Shown here piece after piece: positions 29,457 through 39,492 of a stretch of 54,636 nucleotides of DNA (position 1 is the stretch's first letter; every line of letters starts with the position of its first letter). Origin of the DNA: an uncultured Oscillospiraceae bacterium (lineage in GTDB: Bacteria > Bacillota > Clostridia > Oscillospirales > Acutalibacteraceae); assembly GCA_900547275.1 (NCBI GenBank), contig URGA01000001.1, positions 1 to 54,636 of the forward strand. The letters run 5' to 3'. A program made the translations under genes and the position numbers. The notes under the pieces were generated by a model that was not told the DNA's origin, made no database searches, and was given only the letters and a program-made list of their open reading frames with translations.

Positions 29457-30947
29457 TCACACTCCCGGAATAAGAAGAATTCTTCTGTTTTTGATTTCAT
29501 CAGATGTCAACTCATTTTCTTTCATAATCAGACTGCTTTGCGTCCTGAATTTTTTCGCAATATCCCAAACGGTTTCACTTTCTGAAGCAAAATAAATTGT
29601 AAGAACGGGAGATTCAAACTCCTCTTCCTGCTGTAACTCGATATCTTTAAGATAAGTAATTTCTTTCTTGTTAAAAGCACAAACTTTATATTCAACGTTT
29701 ATGCGAAGTTCAACCGAGTTGGCGGCATGCATAATATAGTCGAAAGAAAGCAGGCTTGCTCCCGCAATACCATCGCCGTTTGCATCAATATCAATTGAAG
29801 ATTCTGTTATTCCGTCTTTACAACAGATGTTTCCGTTTACGTCATAATACAAAACAGAATAGAAAAAGGCGAAAGTAACTCTGCCGTCGCAAACAGTTGC
29901 GCTTTGAAGTGATAATGACAGGTCAAGCACCTCTGTCATAACTTCATCTTCAAAATTAAGCGTTGAAATAAGTGTTTTGCAGTCACCGTAAAACGTCGGA
30001 TCGCAGTTCATAACCATTGTTTCACAATGATTGTCAGTCTTATAATCAACGGCGTAAGCGTCTGTAACCAATTCATGTTCCGCCTCAACCGCAGCGGCGT
30101 ATGAAACGGAAATACTGCCTGCTATTTCGAGTTTTCTCATCCGGTTTTCATTATCAGGTACCGCTTTTACAAACAGAGAAGCGGTCTTCGCGACGGCGAA
30201 TGCGGCAGATTCCTCATCTATGCCGTCAATATCAACGATTTTTGTTGTGTTTACCGAAAAACAGCATTTTTCAATTGTGCCCTCGCTGTTAGAATAAAGC
30301 ACACAGAGCTCGAGTCTGCACTTCAGCAGCATTTTATCTTTGATAAGCCGCATTTCATCAAGCACGGCGTAACTGCTGTTGTCAATAATTACGGAAATAT
30401 CGCCGTTATGCTGCGTAACACTGAATTCCTCGTCAAAATCGCAGGATGTTGTTGCGGCAGACAAAACGTCAAGAGTTTTCATCTGTTCCTTTCTTGCGAT
30501 AATATTGTTGCAGGAAATGAGCGCCGTGTCCGTAATTCTTTCATACATCCTGCTATGTACCTGAACGGAAGTTCTTATTTCAATCTTCCTCTGGTTTATC
30601 AGTCTGAAATTCGTAAAGCGTGTACATTCGTGAATTGAAGCAAAGGCAAAATTGTCTGTCATCGGTGCGTCAATATTCTTTGTAAACGTTTCCTCAAATT
30701 CCGCTGAAAGATAGCATTTTGAAACAGAAAGGTAAACGATTGTAATTCTTGAACGGCCATAAATCTTGAGCGTGCCTCCGAGATATTCATAATCGTTTAC
30801 AACGTTGTGACAACTGCACTGAATTACCTGTTCAATGTCTTCGCAGTACTGAGGCAGGCTTTCCTGATATTCAAGCGCAAATGTGTCTTCTTTCGCCGCC
30901 AGTAACGCGTTGCGGCTGATGTTTTCATATTCTTTATTCGGTTCCAT
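29457..30947 (-). CDS. SipL-like protein: repeated DUF3794/SPOCS-type modules with a C-terminal LysM domain
   Basis: 496 aa. C-terminal LysM-like TIYFASESETVWDIAKKF...ILLIPG. N-terminal repeated beta modules resembling DUF3794. The stop lies 3 nt before the spoIVA ATG. Confidence 0.6.
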   Translation of the reverse strand: MEPNKEYENISRNALLAAKEDTFALEYQESLPQYCEDIEQVIQCSCHNVVNDYEYLGGTLKIYGRSRITIVYLSVSKCYLSAEFEETFTKNIDAPMTDNFAFASIHECTRFTNFRLINQRKIEIRTSVQVHSRMYERITDTALISCNNIIARKEQMKTLDVLSAATTSCDFDEEFSVTQHNGDISVIIDNSSYAVLDEMRLIKDKMLLKCRLELCVLYSNSEGTIEKCCFSVNTTKIVDIDGIDEESAAFAVAKTASLFVKAVPDNENRMRKLEIAGSISVSYAAAVEAEHELVTDAYAVDYKTDNHCETMVMNCDPTFYGDCKTLISTLNFEDEVMTEVLDLSLSLQSATVCDGRVTFAFFYSVLYYDVNGNICCKDGITESSIDIDANGDGIAGASLLSFDYIMHAANSVELRINVEYKVCAFNKKEITYLKDIELQQEEEFESPVLTIYFASESETVWDIAKKFRTQSSLIMKENELTSDEIKNRRILLIPGV

Positions 30948-31004
30948 TGCAACATCTCCTTACAGTTACTGGTAATATCTATGCAGCGATAAACTTGACT
31001 ATTA

Positions 31005-31052
31005 CATAAAAAAGAACAAGCGCCCGCCTTTTTTTGACGAGCGCTTGTTCTT
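31005..31052 (-). terminator. Rho-independent terminator (12-bp stem) ending the thiN-side transcript
   Basis: Minus strand AAGAACAAGCGC-(17 nt)-GCGCTTGTTCTT followed by TTTTT. Confidence 0.65.
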
Positions 31053-31155
31053 ATGTCTCATTTTTCACTTTTTTAATTTTGAATACCGCACGCAAAACAG
31101 GTGCAAGCATTTTCGGACTTTTCAGCAATACTACTTTCACAAAAAACTCCTCCAA

Positions 31156-31299
31156 TCACTTTCTGCAGCACATGATACCGAGAATTATCACTACAACAGC
31201 CAATATGCGGGTTATCCAAACCGTGGGGCAGCAGCACGCAATAACGCACCCTGCACCGAAAGCAATCCACAAATAGTCCCTTCTGCACATCTTTTTCAT
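31156..31299 (-). CDS. Candidate 47-aa cysteine-rich two-TM micropeptide
   Basis: Hand translation gives MKKMCRRDYLWIAFGAGCVIACCCPTVWITRILAVVVIILGIMCCRK. ATG lies 5 nt after GAGGTG. It is not in the ORF track (under 60 aa) and overlaps a 71-aa GTG ORF in another frame. Confidence 0.4.
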   Translation of the reverse strand: MKKMCRRDYLWIAFGAGCVIACCCPTVWITRILAVVVIILGIMCCRK

Positions 31300-31359
31300 A
31301 GTAACACCTCGCTGCTGCTGAATTTACTATATCCTATGCAGAAGTTTTTGAATAGTTAC

Positions 31360-31992
31360 TCAATCGTTGCTGAGCACCACCAATAATTTTCCTGATTTAA
31401 AAGAAAGAGTACAATATTCGTCTTTTACACGATTACTCTGGCACATTGAAGTACCGCATTCCAGATCATAATTAACAAGCGGGTATTCAGCGCCTTCAAT
31501 TGTCAGTCCTTTGCATTCACCGCCAAAAGCAAAAAGAGAAAAATAATCATATTTGCCTTTCGGTATCCTTACCGTATCGTAAGCAATAAATATTTCTGAA
31601 TTAGGAGTAACAATTTTACAGTCGGCTCCGTGACGTTTGCAATAATCAATATTAACTACATTTGAAAAAGAATGATCAAATCGGTTCCCTATCCCGCCTA
31701 CAACAGTGATGTCGTTATATCCCCTTTTCATCGCCTGCTTGAGAGCAAAAAGAGTATCAGTATCATCCTTATGGGTGGGCAGTACAATTAATTCGCCTTC
31801 AAAATCCGGCACTTTCGACGAATCGAAATCGCCGACGGCAAGATCCGGTTCAATGCCAAGTTTTTTCAATTTACTGAAACCGCTGTCTGCAGATATAATA
31901 AAGGAATTATCTATATATTGTCTTATGTACTCAATATTATCCTCAGGAGCTCCGCTGACAACTGTGCACTTTCTGTTTTTTACTTCTCCCAT
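31360..31992 (-). CDS. thiN: Thiamine diphosphokinase
   Basis: 210 aa. VGDFDS and HKDDTD motifs. Position after rsgA as in the B. subtilis ylo cluster. Confidence 0.85.
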   Translation of the reverse strand: MGEVKNRKCTVVSGAPEDNIEYIRQYIDNSFIISADSGFSKLKKLGIEPDLAVGDFDSSKVPDFEGELIVLPTHKDDTDTLFALKQAMKRGYNDITVVGGIGNRFDHSFSNVVNIDYCKRHGADCKIVTPNSEIFIAYDTVRIPKGKYDYFSLFAFGGECKGLTIEGAEYPLVNYDLECGTSMCQSNRVKDEYCTLSFKSGKLLVVLSND

Positions 31993-32855
31993 TCCTTTAT
32001 ATCCTTTACTTCATTATACATCTGAATATAACTGTTGTGACGGCTTTCGCTTATTTTTCCTTCTTCAACAGCCTTACATACAGCGCATCCTTTATCCGCA
32101 ACATGAGAACAGCTGTTAAAACGGCATTCGCCCAAATACTCAAGAAAATCCTTAAAACAATAAGGAAGATCATCTTTCAGTATTCGTTCGCTTTTCTCAA
32201 TATCAATTGCCGAAAAGCCCGGAGTGTCTGCAACATATCCACCGGCAACTTTAAACAACTCGCAGTGACGGGTTGTATGTCGTCCTCTTCCCAGCTTTTT
32301 GCTTGTTTCTCCTGTTGGCAGATTAAGAGAAGGTTCAATGAGATTAAGAAGGGTTGACTTGCCAACTCCGGTATTACCTGTAAATGCACTGATTTTACCT
32401 TCCAGCAGATCTCTTATTTCGTCAGCGCCGCTTTTATCCTTTCCGCAAAGGACGGTTCTAAAGCCGGCTTTACGGTAAATATCAGCATACTTTTCATAAT
32501 CTGCATTTAAATCTGTCTTAGTAAATACAATTATGCTTTCAATTCCTTTGCGCTGTGCAATCGCCGTCAGTTTGTCAATATTATAAACGCTGACTGACGG
32601 TTCAACAATTGAAGAAACTATAAAAAGTCTGTCCAGATTTGCAAGAGGCGGACGAAGAAGGAAGTTTTTGCGTTCGCTGATTGAGTCAATTGTGTTTTCG
32701 CCCTGCTGACGAACCGATATTTCAACGTCGTCTCCAACCATCGGGGTGATTTTCTGTTTTCTGAATGAGCCTCTCGCCTTGCATTCAAATACGCCGTCGG
32801 CGGTCTCTACATAGTAGAAACCGCCGATACCTTTAATAATTTTACCTTGTACCAT
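31980..32855 (-). CDS. rsgA: Ribosome small-subunit-dependent GTPase A
   Basis: OB-fold N-terminus, circularly permuted G domain (GNTGVGKSTLLN) and Zn knuckle CRFNSCSH...GCAV. Start taken at MVQGKI (32855). Confidence 0.9.
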   Translation of the reverse strand: MVQGKIIKGIGGFYYVETADGVFECKARGSFRKQKITPMVGDDVEISVRQQGENTIDSISERKNFLLRPPLANLDRLFIVSSIVEPSVSVYNIDKLTAIAQRKGIESIIVFTKTDLNADYEKYADIYRKAGFRTVLCGKDKSGADEIRDLLEGKISAFTGNTGVGKSTLLNLIEPSLNLPTGETSKKLGRGRHTTRHCELFKVAGGYVADTPGFSAIDIEKSERILKDDLPYCFKDFLEYLGECRFNSCSHVADKGCAVCKAVEEGKISESRHNSYIQMYNEVKDIKEWEK

Positions 32856-32859
32856 TATA

Positions 32860-34839
32860 TCATTCCGTGTCTGTATCTGTTGTGTCTGCGCTGTATTCTG
32901 AAAAATCAATCGTTACGCTCTTGTCTTTATTAGCGGTAACAACTTTCTTCTCAGAAGCGGAAATTCCTTTTAGCTCAACTTCAATTTCAACTTTATCGCC
33001 GTAATCAACGCTGATACTGTAAACCTTGCTTGTTCCGTCAAGCATAACTTCAGAACTTGAATACTGGTTGCTGTCAAGATAAACAACAATATTGTCAGAC
33101 TTTCCAGTATTCGGAAGTTTTACAGTCATATCTATCTTCTGAGTAGTTGGCAGTGTTGTTGTAACGCCTGATGAAATAACAACCTTGATCTTATCATCCG
33201 CAGCTGCGGCCTCGCCTGCGGCAGGAGATTGGTCAATAACTGTATCCTTCGGAGCGGCATTATCCTCAGTTGTGAAAGTTATATTTGTAAAGCCGTACTT
33301 TTCAAGGAAAGCTCTTGCACCGCTCTGGGTAAGACCAGAAACGTCCGGAACTGAAATGAGGACTTCCTGTGTAGTGCTGGGACCTGAACTGATAAATATT
33401 GTAATTGTCTGATCCGCAGATACGACAGTAGAAGCCTTGGGGTCTGTATATACAACCATACCCTCTTCTACCGAATCACTAGGAACAGATTTTATTGAGT
33501 AATTATACAGTCCCTCGTTGGCAAGAAGTTTTTTCGCCTTTTCTTCGTCAACACCGTAACAGTTCGGAACCTGTATATCTTCATCAGGTGCACAAACTAC
33601 CAGAGTAACCTTGCTTCCCTTAATTACTCTTGAACCTGCTTCAGGAGACTGAGATATTACGATACCCGGATCGTACTGATCGCTCTTTTCGCTCTGCTGA
33701 ATAAATTCATAATCATAAGCGTTTGAACTGATTATCTCATCATAAGACTGGCCAACAAAATTCTCAAGCTTAACAGTTTTAGTATTAAACGAACCTGTTA
33801 TACCCATAACCAGAAGCACGATCGCCGCCGCAAGTACAATAACCCCTACAATAACAGCAGTAGCTATTTTTTTCTTTCTGTTAGGATCTTCGTATTCCTG
33901 AAGTTCCTCTTCCTGGGGCTCTGCAACCGGAGCAGCGTTTTGTTTGTCAGTTTTAAGAACATACTTAGTTGGTTCTTCATCAACGAAGAATGAATAATCA
34001 AAAGTAGTAGCAGGATTTTTGATTACTTCTTCAACATCAAACAGCATTTCTGTTGCTGTCTGATATCTATTTGCAGGGTCTTTTTCCATTGCGTGAGAAC
34101 AAATTTGCTCAACGCCTTTAGGAATATCCGGATTTATATCCGTAAGACGTTTTGCGTCTGCCTGAACCTGCATCAAAGCAACAGAAACAGCACTGTCTGC
34201 CTCAAACGGAACTTTTCCAGCAAGCATTTCGTAAAGAACTACGCCGAGAGAATAAATGTCTGCTCTCTCGTCTGTAAATTCTCCTTTCGCCTGCTCAGGG
34301 CTAATATAATGAACTGAACCGATTGCATTTTCGGTAAGCGTTTTCGTTTCACTTCTTGAAAAGCGCGCAATACCGAAATCAGTTACCTTGATAACGCCGT
34401 TTGAAAGCAAAATAATGTTCTGGGGCTTAATATCCCTGTGAACAATACCCTTATCGTGGGCGTGCTGAAGTGCTTTCAGTATCTGAGTTGTAAAATACAG
34501 AGCGTCGTTCCATGTAATTGCACCCTGTTTTTGAATATATTCTTTAAGAGTAATACCGTCAACATATTCCATAACGATATACTGAAGCTTTTCGCCGAAA
34601 CTTACATCATAAACCTTAACGATATTGGGATGTGACATAACGGCGATAGCCTTAGATTCGTTTTTGAAACGTCTTACAAATTCGTCGTTCTTTAAAAACT
34701 CGTCTTTTAATATTTTAACGGCAACTATGCGGTCATCAACATTGTCATAAGCCTTATATACAACTGACATACCACCTACGCCGACTATCTCCTGGACTTC
34801 GTAACGGCCGTCCAGGCGCTTTCCTACGTAATTATCCAT
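32860..34839 (-). CDS. prkC: Ser/Thr protein kinase with extracellular PASTA repeats (PrkC type)
   Basis: Kinase motifs GVGGMSVVYKA/VAVK, HRDIKPQN and DFG. One TM segment, then PASTA-like repeats and a beta-rich C-terminus. Confidence 0.92.
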   Translation of the reverse strand: MDNYVGKRLDGRYEVQEIVGVGGMSVVYKAYDNVDDRIVAVKILKDEFLKNDEFVRRFKNESKAIAVMSHPNIVKVYDVSFGEKLQYIVMEYVDGITLKEYIQKQGAITWNDALYFTTQILKALQHAHDKGIVHRDIKPQNIILLSNGVIKVTDFGIARFSRSETKTLTENAIGSVHYISPEQAKGEFTDERADIYSLGVVLYEMLAGKVPFEADSAVSVALMQVQADAKRLTDINPDIPKGVEQICSHAMEKDPANRYQTATEMLFDVEEVIKNPATTFDYSFFVDEEPTKYVLKTDKQNAAPVAEPQEEELQEYEDPNRKKKIATAVIVGVIVLAAAIVLLVMGITGSFNTKTVKLENFVGQSYDEIISSNAYDYEFIQQSEKSDQYDPGIVISQSPEAGSRVIKGSKVTLVVCAPDEDIQVPNCYGVDEEKAKKLLANEGLYNYSIKSVPSDSVEEGMVVYTDPKASTVVSADQTITIFISSGPSTTQEVLISVPDVSGLTQSGARAFLEKYGFTNITFTTEDNAAPKDTVIDQSPAAGEAAAADDKIKVVISSGVTTTLPTTQKIDMTVKLPNTGKSDNIVVYLDSNQYSSSEVMLDGTSKVYSISVDYGDKVEIEVELKGISASEKKVVTANKDKSVTIDFSEYSADTTDTDTE

Positions 34840-34854
34840 TCAATTCACTCCGTA

Positions 34855-35583
34855 TCAGTTTGCTATGGCAACAACCGTAATATTGTCGCCGCCGCCGTTG
34901 TTGTTGGCTTTCTGAACAAGCCTGTCAGCATAAGCGTAGTACTTGCCGTCAGTAATTGCTCCGACAATTTCATCATCGCTGACATAGTTTGACAGACCGT
35001 CTGTACAAAGGAGAAGTACCTCGCCGTCAGAAAAATCGACCTGATCAAAATCAACGTCAATTTCTTTATCAACACCGATAGCTCTGGTAATTATATTTTT
35101 ATTTGGGTGGTTCTTGGCTTCCTCCGGCGTAATTTTACCGTTGTTGAGCAGGTCCTGAACAACGCTGTGGTCAGTAGTAACCTGAGTAAATCCGCAGTCA
35201 TTCAAAAGATAAGCTCTGCTGTCTCCCGCGTGAGCTATAAAAGCCTGGCCATCTTTTATGATGGCACAAACAACAGTTGTTCCCATGCCGAGAAGTTCCG
35301 GCTTATCGTTTGCCATGTCAAATACTTCAACATTAGCAGCAGAAAGCGCGGTATCCAGCATATTACGGATAGAAGCGTCCCCCATTTTAGTATGGTAAGA
35401 AGCATTGATTTTGTTGCTGATAACCTGAACCGCAAGGGCGCTTGCAATATTACCGCCGGCAGCGCCGCCCATACCGTCACATACTACGGCAAAAGCAGTA
35501 CCGTCTGGCATTTCGCCTACGAAATAGGCGTCCTGGTTTGATTCTCTGATACGACCCTTGTCAGTTTTGGCGACTATATTCAA
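34855..35583 (-). CDS. stp: PP2C-family Ser/Thr phosphatase (Stp/PrpC)
   Basis: RESNQDA, DGMGG and TDGL motifs. Probable TTG start at 35583, 6 nt after GAGGTG; the track ORF extends upstream into rlmN. Confidence 0.9.
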   Translation of the reverse strand: MNIVAKTDKGRIRESNQDAYFVGEMPDGTAFAVVCDGMGGAAGGNIASALAVQVISNKINASYHTKMGDASIRNMLDTALSAANVEVFDMANDKPELLGMGTTVVCAIIKDGQAFIAHAGDSRAYLLNDCGFTQVTTDHSVVQDLLNNGKITPEEAKNHPNKNIITRAIGVDKEIDVDFDQVDFSDGEVLLLCTDGLSNYVSDDEIVGAITDGKYYAYADRLVQKANNNGGGDNITVVAIAN

Positions 35584-36619
35584 TGTCTTCACCTCGTTTC
35601 TTAAGTCTTCGAAGCTGCCCGCATGAGGCATTTATATCGTGACCTAAAGTTCTTCTTATTGTAGCATTTATTCCGTGACTTTTCAATATACTTTGAAATT
35701 TTTGAATATGAGCGTCTTCGGAGCGAACGTTGCCCCTTTCTTCAACATCATTAACAGGAATAAGATTAACGTGACAGAGCATTCCTTTTAGCCTGCCAGC
35801 AAGTTCTTCGGCATGCTCAGGTCTGTCGTTTACGTTATTTATCAAAGTATACTCAAAAGATACGCGGCGAGATGTTTTTTTGGCATAAGCTCGCATAGCT
35901 TTTATAACTTCGTCAATGCCCCATTTCTCATTTACAGGCATTGTTTTAGAGCGGATTTTATCGTTTGGCGCGTGAAGTGACAGCGTAAGAGTTAACTGCA
36001 AATCTAAATCCATCAGTTTATATATCTTATCGACAAGACCGCAGGTCGAAATCGTTATGTTTCTCATGCTTATTCCAAGCCCGTCCGCTTCGTTAACAAG
36101 ATGAAGAAACCGTACTGTATTGTCAAAATTATCCAGCGGCTCGCCAATACCCATCATAACAATATGGGATATACGTACATCAAGATCGTTTTGAGCGGCG
36201 TGTATCTGACTTTCAATCTCAGAGGCCAAAAGATTACGCTTAAAACCAGCCAAAGTTGACGCACAGAATGTGCATCCCATTTTACAGCCAACCTGACTTG
36301 AGACGCAAATCGTGTAGCCGTACTTATACTTCATGACTACAGATTCAACATATTCTCCGTCATAAAGTCTGAAAAGATATTTAACTGTACCGTCAATGGC
36401 AGAAACATACTTATCTTCAATTTTACAGGAGGCAATGAAATATTTTTCATCAAAATTGCGGCGCATATCTTTGGGAATGTTGGTCATTTCCTCAAATGAA
36501 GATACGCCTTCCCTGTGAAGCCATCTGAATACCTGACTGCTTCTGAATTTCTGAAATCCTTCTTCTGAAAACTCATTCTTCAATTCGTCAGGCGTCATAC
36601 TTTTTATGTCTTTTTTCAT
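35561..36619 (-). CDS. rlmN: 23S rRNA/tRNA (adenine-C2)-methyltransferase RlmN
   Basis: Radical-SAM GCKMGCTFCAS and C-terminal conserved Cys (ASCGQL). 352 aa. Confidence 0.95.
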   Translation of the reverse strand: MKKDIKSMTPDELKNEFSEEGFQKFRSSQVFRWLHREGVSSFEEMTNIPKDMRRNFDEKYFIASCKIEDKYVSAIDGTVKYLFRLYDGEYVESVVMKYKYGYTICVSSQVGCKMGCTFCASTLAGFKRNLLASEIESQIHAAQNDLDVRISHIVMMGIGEPLDNFDNTVRFLHLVNEADGLGISMRNITISTCGLVDKIYKLMDLDLQLTLTLSLHAPNDKIRSKTMPVNEKWGIDEVIKAMRAYAKKTSRRVSFEYTLINNVNDRPEHAEELAGRLKGMLCHVNLIPVNDVEERGNVRSEDAHIQKFQSILKSHGINATIRRTLGHDINASCGQLRRLKKRGEDIEYSRQN

Positions 36620-37869
36620 TTTATCCTTTCAATCACCGCGTAATAAAAGCCGTCGTTCCCCTCTTCTGACGGGAAAGACGTAACAGAATCGAGAAGCCTG
36701 TAATCCGAATTAGACGAAAGAAAATCGCTTACAACATTCTCGTTCTCGCGTTTGTTTAGAGTACAAGTTGAATAAACAAGGCGTCCGCCCTGTTTAAGAT
36801 AGCCCGCAGAAACGCTGAGAATACGTTTTTGAAGCAAAGGAAGTTCCTTTATTGTATCTAGAATTTTATATCGAATTTCAGGCTTTCTGCGTATAATTCC
36901 GAAGCCGGAGCATGGAACGTCGCAGAGAATTTTATCGGCAAGCGGCATATCACTGCGAACAACTGAGGCATCCTGAATATCTGAGTTAATACATGAAAAA
37001 CCGAGACGTTTCGCGCCGTCTTCAATTAGTTTTACTCGGTGGGAATGAATATCAAAAGAATAGATATTGCCTTGATTATTCATAAGACCGGCAATGGTAA
37101 ATGATTTTCCCCCGGGAGCGGCACAAACGTCAAGTACAGTCTCTTCTGCATTTGGCTGCAGCGCTCTACAGCATCGGTAACAGGAAATATCCTGTATATG
37201 AAAAAGGCCGTCGTTAAATGCCTTAGAGTTATGAAAAGAGACTGTTCCGTTAATTTTAACCAGGTCTCCATACTCCTCACAGTCTGTTCCCTCGTCGGTC
37301 AGTGTTTTAGAAAGTTTTGCAGCGTCAGTAAATATGGGATTTGGAACGGCAAAAAGCGGCGATTTTCCGTTGACGAAAGGAAGAAAAGAAGATACTTTTT
37401 CTTTACCGTACGCCTTATTCCACATTCCTAAAAGATGCTGAGGAACAGAATATTTAACGGACAAGTCATCCGTGTTTTCAATCACAGCACGTTCTCCGTC
37501 AATTTTATGTAAAACCGCGTTTATCAGCGGACAGTAATATTCCTGTTTTATAATTTTTGCAAGTTCAACGCTCTCGTTTACGGCAGCAGAAGACGGGACT
37601 TTATCCATAAAAAGAATTTGATATGCCCCCATAAGGAGAATAACTCTGACTTTCGGCTTCGCCTTATTTTTCAAATGACTGCTGATTATATATTCGAGAG
37701 TGAGCTTTCTCTCGATTACACCGTAAACAAGCGCAGTTACAAAACTCTTGTCAGAATCTGAGCACTGATTTTTGCCCAGCATGCTGTCTACAGCGATATT
37801 CGAATAAGAGTCATCCTGCAAAATTTTATACAGTATTTCAAAAGCAATAAGTCTTGAAGATTTTTTCAT
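36616..37869 (-). CDS. rsmB: 16S rRNA (cytosine967-C5)-methyltransferase RsmB
   Basis: NusB-like N-domain. SAM site DVCAAPGGKS. Catalytic DVPCSG and YSTCT. Confidence 0.9.
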   Translation of the reverse strand: MKKSSRLIAFEILYKILQDDSYSNIAVDSMLGKNQCSDSDKSFVTALVYGVIERKLTLEYIISSHLKNKAKPKVRVILLMGAYQILFMDKVPSSAAVNESVELAKIIKQEYYCPLINAVLHKIDGERAVIENTDDLSVKYSVPQHLLGMWNKAYGKEKVSSFLPFVNGKSPLFAVPNPIFTDAAKLSKTLTDEGTDCEEYGDLVKINGTVSFHNSKAFNDGLFHIQDISCYRCCRALQPNAEETVLDVCAAPGGKSFTIAGLMNNQGNIYSFDIHSHRVKLIEDGAKRLGFSCINSDIQDASVVRSDMPLADKILCDVPCSGFGIIRRKPEIRYKILDTIKELPLLQKRILSVSAGYLKQGGRLVYSTCTLNKRENENVVSDFLSSNSDYRLLDSVTSFPSEEGNDGFYYAVIERIK

Positions 37870-38558
37870 CGGTTATTTCTGTTTGACACAAGGAAAAGTC
37901 TGAGAAGCGTTGCAAGAGCAGACGCCAAAGCCGCAACATAGGTAAGCGCGGCGGCTGTCAGAACTTTCTTTGCGCCTTTAAATTCCTGTTCGTTCAAAAA
38001 TCCATTTGATTCTATAGTCTGAAGCGCTCTTGATGAAGCGTTAAACTCTACCGGAAGAGTAAGAAGCTGAAAAAGTGCAACAGCGGAATAAAGAATAATT
38101 CCTGCGTAAATAAGCGGCTGGGAATAGATAAACATTCCTATCAATGCCAGCGGAACGCCTAAATAAGAACCAATCTGGGTAATAGGAATAGCCGCGTTTC
38201 GGAGTTTAAGCGGAACATATCCCTGGGCGTGCTGGCAAGCATGACCTGCTTCATGGCAGGCAACGCCGATTGCCGCAACGCTTGTAGAGGCAAACACGTC
38301 CTGAGAAAGGCAGATTTCCTTTCTGCGCGGATCGTAGTAATCAGTAAGTCTTCCGCTGACCTGCCTAATTGTTACATCCGTTATACCGTTCAACTGAAGA
38401 AGCCTTTGAGCCGCCTGGGCGCCTGTCATTGCTGTTGACGAACGCAACATTGAATAACGGGCAAAAGTTCTTCTTACCTTGCTCTGGCAATAGAGAGCAA
38501 AGATAAAAACGGGTATCATGATAACTCCTGTCAAATAATAAACAAAATAACTACTCAT
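37866..38558 (-). CDS. Membrane zinc metallopeptidase (YugP-like)
   Basis: HEAGHA (HExxH) motif flanked by TM segments. About 230 aa. Overlaps the ends of fmt and rsmB. Confidence 0.8.
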   Translation of the reverse strand: MSSYFVYYLTGVIMIPVFIFALYCQSKVRRTFARYSMLRSSTAMTGAQAAQRLLQLNGITDVTIRQVSGRLTDYYDPRRKEICLSQDVFASTSVAAIGVACHEAGHACQHAQGYVPLKLRNAAIPITQIGSYLGVPLALIGMFIYSQPLIYAGIILYSAVALFQLLTLPVEFNASSRALQTIESNGFLNEQEFKGAKKVLTAAALTYVAALASALATLLRLFLVSNRNNR

Positions 38559-39492
38559 CGCTACCACCGATTACAGTTCCTTTTTTAATAGTATGCCCTG
38601 CAAGATAAGCTTTTGCATCCATAACTTTTTTTCCCTGAGGCTGAAGTTTTATAATTTCGACGCTTTTGCCGTCGCCGCAGCAGACAACAAGACGTCCGTC
38701 GGCAGCAAGAACCTCTCCTGCTTTATTTCCCAGTAAATCACAAAGTTTACTTTTATGAATTTTTACTACTCCGCCGTTAATAACCGTTGTTGCGCAAGGC
38801 CATGAATACATTCCTCTTATATGAGCATGTACTTTAGAAGCAGGTTTGTTCCAATCAACAGGGCTCATTGACTTTGAAATCATAGAAGCGTAGCCAAAAT
38901 CCCCTTCAGGCTGAGGTTCAGGTGCCAGCTTGTCAATATTATCAACTGCATTGAGCATAAGTTCTGAACCGATAACAGAAAGTCTGTCAAAAAGCTCCTC
39001 TGAGGTTTCGTCCTCACCTATCGCTGTTTTTTCGGTAAGAAGAATATCCCCGGTATCAAGACCTTCGTTCATCTGCATTACAGTTATACCGGTCTCTTTG
39101 TCGTCATTGAGAACAGCCCACTGTATCGGAGCGGCTCCTCTGTATTTCGGCAAAAGAGAAGCATGAACGTTAATGCATCCATATTTTGGAAATTCAAGAA
39201 TATCGGCTGGCAATATTTTGCCGTAAGCAACAACAATAATAAGATCCGGCTTAAGCTCTTTTATAATTTCAAGTGCTTTGCCGTCTTTCATCTTCTCAGG
39301 CTGATAAACTTTTATACCATTGCTTTCAGCGAGTACTTTAACGGGAGGAGGCGTCAAAACCATTTTTCTCCCCTGTGGTTTGTCAGGCTGAGTAAAAACA
39401 CCTAAAACGTTATGTGACGAATTAATTAGTTTCTGAAGGCACGGAACGGCAAAATCCGGCGTACCCATAAATACTATGTTCAATTTATTCAT
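38551..39492 (-). CDS. fmt: Methionyl-tRNA formyltransferase
   Basis: 313 aa. HASLLPKYRGAAPIQ signature. Confidence 0.95.
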   Translation of the reverse strand: MNKLNIVFMGTPDFAVPCLQKLINSSHNVLGVFTQPDKPQGRKMVLTPPPVKVLAESNGIKVYQPEKMKDGKALEIIKELKPDLIIVVAYGKILPADILEFPKYGCINVHASLLPKYRGAAPIQWAVLNDDKETGITVMQMNEGLDTGDILLTEKTAIGEDETSEELFDRLSVIGSELMLNAVDNIDKLAPEPQPEGDFGYASMISKSMSPVDWNKPASKVHAHIRGMYSWPCATTVINGGVVKIHKSKLCDLLGNKAGEVLAADGRLVVCCGDGKSVEIIKLQPQGKKVMDAKAYLAGHTIKKGTVIGGSDE

